Source of the DNA: Geopsychrobacteraceae bacterium
Lineage (GTDB): Bacteria; Desulfobacterota; Desulfuromonadia; Desulfuromonadales; Geopsychrobacteraceae
NCBI GenBank assembly: GCA_963662315.1
Contig: OY759353.1
Location: 2,272,001 to 2,336,000, forward strand
Reading direction: 5' to 3'
DNA length: 64,000 bases
The first letter of the stretch is position 1; every line of letters begins with the position of its first letter. Shown here piece after piece: positions 1 through 8,184 of this stretch. The notes under the pieces are model-generated. The model ran no database searches and had not been told where the DNA came from. It saw only the letters and a list, made by a program, of their open reading frames with translations. The position numbers and the translations under genes are program-made.

Positions 1-317
1 GCGTAGAGAAAGGCATTGCCCGAGGGCTCTCCCTACGTATGGACCACGGCACCCAGTACCTCTCAGACCATTTTCAGAACCAGATCAAATTCTGGGGGAT
101 CACTCCCAGCTTTGCCTTCGTTGCCGAGCCTCAGACCAATGGAGTTTCTGAACGTTTCAATCGTACTTTGAAAGAGCAAGCTATCTACGGCCAGATTTTC
201 CGGACCGTCGATGATGTCCGCGAAGCCGTGAAAACCTTCGTGGAGCTTTACAACAACGAATGGCGTGTCGAGAAAAATGGCTTCCGGTCGCCAGACGAAA
301 TCCGTCAGGCGGCATAA
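1..317 (+). CDS. IS3-family transposase, C-terminal integrase domain (partial)
   Basis: DDE-type motifs DxGxQY and NxxxERFNRTLK; the frame is open back to the window edge. Confidence 0.85.
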   Translation, partial: VEKGIARGLSLRMDHGTQYLSDHFQNQIKFWGITPSFAFVAEPQTNGVSERFNRTLKEQAIYGQIFRTVDDVREAVKTFVELYNNEWRVEKNGFRSPDEIRQAA

Positions 318-352
318 TCTAAACTTGTGTCCAAGGAACCGGTTCCGCTACA
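1..352 (+). mobile_element. Right end of an IS3-family insertion sequence (truncated by window start)
   Basis: Integrase-core C-terminus (DHGTQY...NGVSERFNRTLKE...YNNEW) ends at 317, followed by a terminal segment gtgtccaaggaaccggttccgctaCA ending in the IS3-type 3' CA at 351-352. Confidence 0.8.
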
Positions 353-474
353 AACATACATTACCGTAATGAAAGTTTTTTTGTTAACTTAGCCTTTATC
401 TGCCTAACCTATACTAGACATGCTTTTGAAACGCCAAAACTGACAGTCATAAAAATCAACCAAAGGGACTTGTT

Positions 475-1389
475 ATGCAAAGTTTTGACATTGTTACATT
501 ACGGGTATTTCTTGCGGTAGCGCGCTTAGGATCCATCGGTGCTGCTGCACGACATGAACACATTGCGACCTCGGCAGCATCGCGACGCATCAGTGACCTG
601 GAAGAAAATCTCGATACCATCCTCATCTCACGTACACCGGCCGGAGTTAGCCTGACTCCAGCAGGCGTCGCCTTTACCCATCATTGCGAGAAGCTGCTTA
701 AAAAATATTCCGATATCAGAGCCGACCTGAAACGTTTTTCCGAAGGGCAAGTCGGCCATTTTCGCATTGCCGCAATTCCTTGTACCATGGGCGAAACCCT
801 GCCGCTGAAAATCGCTCAATTTAAAAAAGCATTCCCTTCGGTCCACATTACTGTGCAGGAAATTTTTTCCACCGACGGCCCACGTTTTTTACGTGAGGAT
901 CTGGCCGACCTGATTATCGTCTATAACACAGGGAATCTTGGTGACTATGAAATGCAACTCTACAAAGAGGACCCCATCTATGTCATTGGCCGACGCGACC
1001 ATCCCTTGTTTGTCGATTATCAGGAGGGGACCCCAATCCCTTATAAAGACACTCTCGGTCATGAACAGATTTCCCTGCATGAAGGCGGCTGGCTTGATGA
1101 ACTGATTAGCAATGCCAGTCGCAAAGAAGGGCAAATGCGCAGCCACGACACCAAAGTCATGCGCGAGAACACCCTCATCCGTTGCATTGAAGCAGGTCTG
1201 GGAATTGGCTATTTCGGCGTATACGACCTACTGCCGATATTACAAAATCATAATTTGGCCGCAGCCCCTCTTGCCGATGACTGGGCCGCACGCAACATCG
1301 TCTGTGCCTATTCAAAAGGACAGGCGAACTCTCCGATTACCACAGCTTTTCTGCAGAGTCTTTTTGAGGGGAAAAGCGCTGATAAATAA
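475..1389 (+). CDS. LysR-family transcriptional regulator
   Basis: N-terminal LysR HTH (LRVFLAVARLGSIGAAARHEHIATSAASRRISDLE), 304 aa. Confidence 0.95.
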   Translation: MQSFDIVTLRVFLAVARLGSIGAAARHEHIATSAASRRISDLEENLDTILISRTPAGVSLTPAGVAFTHHCEKLLKKYSDIRADLKRFSEGQVGHFRIAAIPCTMGETLPLKIAQFKKAFPSVHITVQEIFSTDGPRFLREDLADLIIVYNTGNLGDYEMQLYKEDPIYVIGRRDHPLFVDYQEGTPIPYKDTLGHEQISLHEGGWLDELISNASRKEGQMRSHDTKVMRENTLIRCIEAGLGIGYFGVYDLLPILQNHNLAAAPLADDWAARNIVCAYSKGQANSPITTAFLQSLFEGKSADK

Positions 1390-1824
1390 AGTCACCGGAT
1401 GCTCTTACAGGTACCCGTAATTGGTTCAGCAGTTGAGATGCAGAGACATTCCCCTTCCCCACGTCCCTAGCGACGACAGGTTGGCGAATGGGATGATTTG
1501 AGCTACTGCTGAATAAATAATTCAAGCTGGCTGATAGCCGCTTGCTGGTTCCCAAAACACCAGTGCTGAGTGTTTCCTTAACTCGTTTCCAATCTGAAAA
1601 CTTAGCTGTTGCCCTTAGGAGTTTCCGGATAGCAACTAACTACAGAAATGCACGAAACCTTCTGGAAGACAGCCTCTATGCACTGTAACATGATTTCGGG
1701 TTAGAACTATCAAGCCCCTTGCATTATCCAGCCCTATCTATTATTATTACCAGATTGGTAACAATTAAAACCGAGTTGGTCCGACACTCCACTCCCTCCG
1801 CCGTTGGACGTAAAGGAGTTGATT

Positions 1825-2358
1825 ATGGATCTTTATCAATATGCACGGAAAACCGAACAAAGCGGGGCCGAATTTTATCAGCAGATGGCTGGACAGGTTT
1901 CAAAAGAGGGACTGAAAAGAGTTTTCAGTCTGATGGCTTCAGAAGAAGAAGCTTTGCTTGCCATGCTGACCAGGTTTAAAAAGAACTACCCTGAAATCAG
2001 TAACATGTCGAGCCGTGATCTGAATGAAGATTCAATTGTCTTCGATTCCATCTGCGACAACGGAGCATGCGACCTGATCGAATCTAATCTGGACGCCTAT
2101 CAGCTGGCAATTCGCGCCAAAAAGAATCTGGTTAAGCAATACCACGATGCTGCTGATCACGAAGAAGATGCGGATACCAGAAAAATGCTGACCTGGCTGG
2201 CTGCCCTTGAGCAGCATAAGCTGCGTGAAATCGAACACATGTACGATTTTGTCAATGCCCCTAACTTGAGCCTGGAGTGGGCGGAATTCAGCAACCTGGA
2301 TGAGTTTTACAATTTCGGTTACTACGAAGATCTGCGCAAAGGAGATCTGGAGCTCTGA
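1825..2358 (+). CDS. Ferritin-like/rubrerythrin-family four-helix protein (degenerate diiron ligands)
   Basis: ARKTEQSGAEFY / MASEEE / LAALEQ repeat pattern; RBS AAGGAG at 1813-1818 favours ATG 1825. Confidence 0.75.
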   Translation: MDLYQYARKTEQSGAEFYQQMAGQVSKEGLKRVFSLMASEEEALLAMLTRFKKNYPEISNMSSRDLNEDSIVFDSICDNGACDLIESNLDAYQLAIRAKKNLVKQYHDAADHEEDADTRKMLTWLAALEQHKLREIEHMYDFVNAPNLSLEWAEFSNLDEFYNFGYYEDLRKGDLEL

Positions 2359-2511
2359 TCATCCCTGTCATTCCGCCATTGCCATCCGGACACCCCGGAT
2401 GGCAGCATGCAGGTATTATACGAAACCCTCCAGCAACCATTCCTGATTTTTTGCTCCCCTTTTATAACGTTACATTTGCAAGAGCTTCTCAAATTAGTCC
2501 CCTTATAGCTC

Positions 2512-2543
2512 AAAAGCCCTCTCAGAAAACTGGGAGGGCTTTT
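2512..2543. terminator. Probable bidirectional intrinsic terminator
   Basis: aaaagccctctcag-aaaa-ctgggagggctttt between convergent genes. Confidence 0.7.
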
Positions 2544-2630
2544 GATTATTGACTTACCTTGCAGCATTTTTACTGGCGAATCCCCACTTCAGAAACAGTG
2601 TGAAAAATTCTTTATCAACACCGGTAGGCG

Positions 2631-3515
2631 CTATTTCTTCACCTCTATTTTAGCCAACTTCTCGTAGTATCGAATGATGGCGCCATGGTCCAGATGATCC
2701 ATTCCGTCTACTTTGAGAGCCTGCATAATTTCCAAAGCTGACGCAGCCAGCGGTAAAGGAGCTCCGACCTCATGAGCTGTCTTCAGCACATTGGTAAGGT
2801 CCTTCATGTGGTGAAAGATTCTCATGCCCGGTTGGAAATTACGCTCCATAATATTTGGAGCTTTGGCATCCAGCACCGCGCTACCAGCGAGCCCACCACG
2901 AATAGCCTGGAAAACCAGTTCAGGTTCAACCCCGGCCTTGGTGGCCATAACCAACGCTTCAGACATCGCGGTAATATTTAACGCAACAATAATCTGGTTG
3001 GCTAATTTGGCAATATTTCCAGCCCCGATATCACCGGTACGGACAACCGATGCACCCATTGTTTTTAAAATGTCATAACACTTGTCAAACACTTCCTGCT
3101 TACCACCGACCATAATCGACAGGGTACCATCAACCGCCTTTGGCAGCCCGCCGCTGACCGGAGCATCAAGCATTTCGACATCTTTTTTTGCCAGAGCAGC
3201 AGCAACTTTCTTGCTGACCCGTGGTTCGATTGAACTCATATCGATCACAATACTGCCGGGTCGCACGCCATCAAGAATACCGTCCGTTCCTAAAGCGACT
3301 TCTTCTACGTCCGGAGAATTGCGCAGCATAATAAAAATAATATCGGTCTTCTGTGCGACAGCCTTGGGGCTCATCGCAACCTTTGCACCCATACCAACCA
3401 GTTCATCAGTCTTGTCAACATCAAGATCCATAACCACCAGGTTGTAGCCGCCGTTAATCAGGTTTTTGCACATGGGTTTTCCCATGATACCTAATCCGAT
3501 AAATCCAATGTTCAT
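2631..3515 (-). CDS. garR: 2-hydroxy-3-oxopropionate (tartronate semialdehyde) reductase, copy 1
   Basis: GFIGLGIMGKPM Rossmann motif, DAPVSGG, KLANQ, next to a gudD remnant. Confidence 0.88.
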   Translation of the reverse strand: MNIGFIGLGIMGKPMCKNLINGGYNLVVMDLDVDKTDELVGMGAKVAMSPKAVAQKTDIIFIMLRNSPDVEEVALGTDGILDGVRPGSIVIDMSSIEPRVSKKVAAALAKKDVEMLDAPVSGGLPKAVDGTLSIMVGGKQEVFDKCYDILKTMGASVVRTGDIGAGNIAKLANQIIVALNITAMSEALVMATKAGVEPELVFQAIRGGLAGSAVLDAKAPNIMERNFQPGMRIFHHMKDLTNVLKTAHEVGAPLPLAASALEIMQALKVDGMDHLDHGAIIRYYEKLAKIEVKK

Positions 3516-3678
3516 TCGTTCTCTCCTGTGTTAGACGTCCTCTTTGAGATTTCTTTTAGCTTACATGAATTTTATCAAGAATCCTAGAACCGTAATGCAG
3601 GCAGAAAATTCCGACAGCTTCTCGTCCCGAGCCCCGTCCTCAATGCGGGACCACCCTAGCCTCGTGCTTAAAAACGCG

Positions 3679-3715
3679 AAAAGCCCCTGCAATCGATGGA
3701 AGGCAGGGGCTTTTC
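3679..3715. terminator. Intrinsic terminator-like hairpin
   Basis: aaaagcccctgc...gcaggggctttt. Confidence 0.6.
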
Positions 3716-3769
3716 TGCTTTATTCTGGCGTTTTCGATGTTTGCCAATAATTGTGAAGTGAATGTTTTA

Positions 3770-3901
3770 TTACCGCACCATACAGGGCTTTTTACTGTCA
3801 AATTTCCAATCTTGAATAAGATACTGCCCGTCCTGCCAGATCCAGTGCGTATCCATAGCAGTAATATTACCAGGAGCTGCCGCTGCACAGTGGGTAAACA
3901 T
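3770..3901 (-). pseudogene. gudD: Glucarate dehydratase 3' remnant with internal in-frame deletion
   Basis: Hand translation [43 protein letters not shown] matches the GudD C-terminus; 53 codons present in the + copy are missing. Confidence 0.88.
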
Positions 3902-4151
3902 GTCCATCGACACACATTGGATCTGGCAGGACGGTCAATACTTGACGAAAAATCCTCTTCAGATTAAAAACTGTCTGGTAGATGTCCCACAGCAGGGCGG
4001 ACTCGGCATAGAACTTGACATGGACGAGATCATGAAAGCCAATGAGCTCTACCTGACCAAAGGGCTCGGTGCACGTGACGACTCCATTGCCATGCAATAC
4101 CTGATCCCGAACTGGAAGTTTGACAATAAGAAGCCCTGCCTGGTTCGCTGA
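3900..4151 (+). pseudogene. gudD: Glucarate dehydratase 3' remnant
   Basis: [14 protein letters not shown]...GLGIELDMD...ARDD...[19 protein letters not shown] is only the last ~80 aa of GudD. Confidence 0.9.
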
Positions 4152-4273
4152 TACATTGCGACCAGTCACCCTTCAAGGACTTTAAGCAGGTGTTTTGCTC
4201 AGCGAATCTTCCAAGGAAGACAAAACACTATCTACCTTGAAGATTGATTAGACCTAACAACAAGGAGCGAATC

Positions 4274-5158
4274 ATGAAAATCGGATTTATCGGACTTGGC
4301 ATCATGGGAAAACCCATGAGCAAGAACCTGATCAAGGCAGGTTACGACCTGGTCGTCTGTGACTTGAACCCCGCAGCCGTTGCAGCCGTTGTTGCCGCTG
4401 GCGCAGCCAGCGCCCCAAGCGCGAAAGCTGTTGCAGAAGTTGCTGACGTCATCATCACCATGCTCCCCAACGCACCCCAGGTCAAAGCCGTTGTACTGGG
4501 CGCCGATGGTGTTCTCGAAGGGGCCAAGCCGGGCAGTGTTGTCATCGACATGAGCTCCATCGCTCCGCTCGCCAGCCAGGAAGTGGCTGCCAAACTGGCG
4601 AAAAAAGAGGTCGCCATGCTTGACGCTCCGGTCTCAGGCGGCGAACCGAAAGCCATCGATGGCACCCTGTCGGTTATGGTCGGGGGCGAGAAAGAGGTTT
4701 TTGACAGGTATTACGATATCATGAAAGCCATGGCCGGTTCCGTTGTCTACACCGGAAAAATTGGTGCCGGCAACGTCACCAAGCTCGCCAATCAGATGAT
4801 CGTTGCCATCAACATCGCGGCCATGAGCGAAGCCCTGGTGCTGGCCACCAAGGCCGGTGTCGAACCTGACCTGGTCTATCAGGCCATTCGTGGCGGTTTG
4901 GCCGGCAGCACCGTCCTTGACGCTAAAGCGCCCCTGGTCATGGATCGCAAATTTGATCCGGGTTTCCGCATCAGCCTGCATATCAAAGACCTGGCTAACG
5001 CTCTTGACACCGCTCATGAAGTTGGTGTACCGGTACAGATGACAGCAGCCGTCATGGAGATGATGCAAGCCATGAAAATTGACGACATGGACGGCCTCGA
5101 TCACGGCGCCCTGATCCGTCACTACGAGAAACTTGCCCGGGTTGAAGTCAAGCGCTAA
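4274..5158 (+). CDS. garR: 2-hydroxy-3-oxopropionate reductase, copy 2
   Basis: MKIGFIGLGIMGKPMSKNL, DAPVSGGEPKAIDG, PGFRISLHIKDL; RBS AAGGAG before ATG 4274. Confidence 0.93.
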   Translation: MKIGFIGLGIMGKPMSKNLIKAGYDLVVCDLNPAAVAAVVAAGAASAPSAKAVAEVADVIITMLPNAPQVKAVVLGADGVLEGAKPGSVVIDMSSIAPLASQEVAAKLAKKEVAMLDAPVSGGEPKAIDGTLSVMVGGEKEVFDRYYDIMKAMAGSVVYTGKIGAGNVTKLANQMIVAINIAAMSEALVLATKAGVEPDLVYQAIRGGLAGSTVLDAKAPLVMDRKFDPGFRISLHIKDLANALDTAHEVGVPVQMTAAVMEMMQAMKIDDMDGLDHGALIRHYEKLARVEVKR

Positions 5159-5182
5159 GCAAACCAAGGCGTTTTCATAAGT

Positions 5183-5222
5183 AAGCTGGCGAGGGCAGTA
5201 ACCACAGTTCTCGCCAGCTTCA
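5183..5222 (+). terminator. Hairpin after garR copy 2
   Basis: aagctggcgag...ctcgccagctt. Confidence 0.55.
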
Positions 5223-5268
5223 TCTTGGAATCTACCCCACTTTCCTTTTAACGATGGCTACCATTCCT

Positions 5269-5627
5269 CTGCTCTGACCTCGGTGTTGGTGGCTGCGATG
5301 CCCTTGCGGCATGACCGCCAACCCCAGCCCCGGCAACAAAAAGGGCGTGCTGGCCAATGTTGTTGAAAAAATCCTTAGTTCCATTGCCAAATCCGGACAA
5401 TCACAGATTGTCGATGTGTTAAGCCCAGGTGAGCGGGTACGTGAAAAAGGGCTGGCCTTTGCCGCAACGCCGAACAGATTGCCACTGGAGAGAAAAACCT
5501 TGAAGAAACCGGCTGGGAACTGTTCAAGCTGATCCTGGCTGTTGCCAGCGGTGACATTGAAACCAATTCCGACAAATTGGGTTTGCACAATGACCTCGCC
5601 GTTTTCAACCCCGCTCCTGTGACCTGA
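5269..5627 (+). pseudogene. garD: Galactarate dehydratase remnant with multiple deletions/frameshifts
   Basis: Fragments [31 protein letters not shown]...FAATP and (other frame) [27 protein letters not shown]...[15 protein letters not shown] match discontiguous parts of GarD. Confidence 0.85.
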
Positions 5628-5789
5628 TAGTTTAGGTGTCGGCCTCGACGCAGTATGCCGTCTCTTTCTGATTAACGTCCTGGCAAGAGGCGGATTTATT
5701 GTTTTTTTCATTAAAAAATCCACAAATATTTGACGAAACCAGACGATCCTCCTATTATTGTTTGTTCATATATGCTGGAGGTTCTTTCT

Positions 5790-6503
5790 GTGCTGCGTGC
5801 ATTCTTTTTCTACCTGATTTTTTTCCCCTGGACATTTATCGCAATTCTGATTTCCATTGGTTGTGCAATTATTCGTGGGCAGCAGAGTGCCCATAACTTC
5901 GGTATTTTCTGGGGTAAAAGCTGCCTCACTATTGCAGGCCTGAAATTAAAAATAACCGGTACCGAAAATCTACCCTCTCACGGTCCGGTCATTTATGCTT
6001 CCAATCACCAGAGTAATTTCGATATTCCGATTATGTATGCAGGCCTGCCTATTCAGTTTCGCTGGCTGGCCAAACAGGAACTGTTCGACATTCCGTTTTT
6101 CGGGGCGGCCATGAAACATTCAGGATATATTCCCATCGATCGTTCTAACCGAAGAAAATCGATGGAAAGTTTTGAACTGGCTGCGCATAAGGTTAAAGAC
6201 GGAACATCTGTTATCATCTTTCCAGAAGGAACCCGTACGCCTGATGGTAATGTCCAGCCCTTTAAAAAAGGCGCGCTGCTGTTAGCTGCCAAGGCTCATG
6301 TTCCGGTGGTACCCATAACAATCAAAGGCAGCTATCAGGTCCAGTCAAAAAACAGTCTTAAAATTCATCCGGGTCCCATAGAACTGGTCATCTCACCTCC
6401 CCTTGACACAACAGAAATGAAAACCAGGGATATTGAGGCCTTGAATGAGAAAATTCATACAACAATCGCTACGAATCTGAAGGAGCCGGTTCGGCATGAC
6501 TGA
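5790..6503 (+). CDS. plsC: 1-acyl-sn-glycerol-3-phosphate acyltransferase
   Basis: NHQSNFD and FPEGTR motifs; GGAGG RBS before GTG 5790 (start uncertain, ATG 5772 possible). Confidence 0.88.
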   Translation: MLRAFFFYLIFFPWTFIAILISIGCAIIRGQQSAHNFGIFWGKSCLTIAGLKLKITGTENLPSHGPVIYASNHQSNFDIPIMYAGLPIQFRWLAKQELFDIPFFGAAMKHSGYIPIDRSNRRKSMESFELAAHKVKDGTSVIIFPEGTRTPDGNVQPFKKGALLLAAKAHVPVVPITIKGSYQVQSKNSLKIHPGPIELVISPPLDTTEMKTRDIEALNEKIHTTIATNLKEPVRHD

Positions 6504-8175
6504 AGTCGGGATGGAAAAATTACGCCTGCTGCCCTTTGGCGGACTGGGTGAAATCGGCATGAACATGATGGGGATCGAGTATAACGGCAAGATCCTGCTC
6601 ATTGATTGTGGCCTGATGTTTCCAGAAGCTTATATGTTCGGTATCGACCTGGTCCTGCCCGACATCAGCCTGCTTGAAGAACGGCAACAGGATATCGTCG
6701 GCCTGGTTCTGACCCATGGTCATGAGGATCATATCGGCGCCCTGCCTTTTTTATGGCGCCAGCTTGGACAACCAGTTGTCTATGGGACGACACTGACCTT
6801 GGGATTACTGCGCAGCAAACTGAAAGAATTTGAACTCGATCGCGAGATCACCTTTGAGACACTGGCCCCCCGAGTAACACTCTCCCTGCCCCCCTTTGAC
6901 ATTGAACCGTATCGCGCTGCTCACTCCATTGTCGATGGAGTCGGACTGATTATCAATACTCCCGTCGGCCGGATCATCCACACTGGCGACTTCAAAATCG
7001 ACCCAACTCCTGTTGATGGACAGAACACCGACCTGGCGCGCCTGGCGGAAGTGGGCGATGAAGGCGTTCTGCTGCTCATGGCCGATTCCACTAATGTCGA
7101 AAATGAGGGGTACACATTGTCTGAACGGACGGTCGGCAAAGTTCTGGATGAACTGATTCCAACCTGTCCGAAACGAGTTATCGTTGCGACCTTTTCTTCC
7201 AACATCCACCGTATTCAACAGATTGCGGACAGCGCCCTGCTGGCCGGTCGCAAGATTCTGGTCAATGGCCGCAGCATGATTAACAACATTTCCATCGCCC
7301 GTCAACTTGGCTATCTGCGCATTGCGGACGAACAGTTTATCGAATTACGGGATTTGCGCGAACTGCCTCCCGAGCAGGTGCTGATCATCACGACCGGCAG
7401 TCAGGGGGAACCCTTAAGTGCTCTAATGCGCATTGCCACCGGTGATCATAAACAGATTGAACTGGAGCAGAATGACACGGTCATCCTGTCTTCCAAATTT
7501 ATTCCCGGCAATGAAAAAGCCATCAGCGATCTGATTAATAATCTCTACCGCCGCGGAGCCGAAGTATTTTATGAAAAAACCAGTGAAATCCACGTATCAG
7601 GCCACGCCAGCCAAGAGGAGCTGAAACTCATCCATAGTCTGGTTAAACCACGCTATTTTGTTCCAATACACGGTGAATACAGGCATCTGGTCAAGCATAC
7701 CCAGCTTGCGGTCGCCATGGGCCTTCCCCGCGAGAATACTCTGGTCATAGAGAATGGACAGAGCCTCGTGGTCGGTCCCGATTATTTTGCCAAGGGGGAA
7801 TCGTTTGAAAGTGGCAGGGTTTTCGTTGACGGCAAAGGGGTTGGTGATGTCGGCAGCATGGAGCTGCGTGATCGCCGTCATCTGGCTAACCATGGGATGG
7901 TCATCGTCATGCTGGCGGTAAACCAGTCAACCGGTGCCATTGTTCACGGCCCGGATATCTTCACCAAAGGCTTTATCCCTGAAGAAGCGCAAGAGAGTGA
8001 AGTCCTGCTCGAGGACGCCCGGCTTGCCGTTTGTAATGTTCTTGACGAATTCAGCATCGAAATCATCAGTGACTGGGAAGAACTGCGTGTCGAAGTGCGT
8101 AAAGCCCTGCGCCGCCTGTTTAACAAGCGCATGGCGCGCAGACCCTTGATTTTACCTGTCATTCTTGAACTCTAA
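6496..8175 (+). CDS. rnj: Ribonuclease J
   Basis: GGLGEIGMN, THGHEDHIG, HVSGHA metallo-beta-lactamase/beta-CASP motifs. Confidence 0.96.
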   Translation: MTEVGMEKLRLLPFGGLGEIGMNMMGIEYNGKILLIDCGLMFPEAYMFGIDLVLPDISLLEERQQDIVGLVLTHGHEDHIGALPFLWRQLGQPVVYGTTLTLGLLRSKLKEFELDREITFETLAPRVTLSLPPFDIEPYRAAHSIVDGVGLIINTPVGRIIHTGDFKIDPTPVDGQNTDLARLAEVGDEGVLLLMADSTNVENEGYTLSERTVGKVLDELIPTCPKRVIVATFSSNIHRIQQIADSALLAGRKILVNGRSMINNISIARQLGYLRIADEQFIELRDLRELPPEQVLIITTGSQGEPLSALMRIATGDHKQIELEQNDTVILSSKFIPGNEKAISDLINNLYRRGAEVFYEKTSEIHVSGHASQEELKLIHSLVKPRYFVPIHGEYRHLVKHTQLAVAMGLPRENTLVIENGQSLVVGPDYFAKGESFESGRVFVDGKGVGDVGSMELRDRRHLANHGMVIVMLAVNQSTGAIVHGPDIFTKGFIPEEAQESEVLLEDARLAVCNVLDEFSIEIISDWEELRVEVRKALRRLFNKRMARRPLILPVILEL

Positions 8176-8184
8176 CAATGAAAA

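Noticed and set aside
3640..3967. ORF-track entries 3640-3915(-) and 3737-3967(+) as real genes
   Set aside because: Wrong-frame readings over the gudD remnants
5232..5723. 163-aa minus-strand ORF
   Set aside because: Antisense to the garD remnant; no independent support
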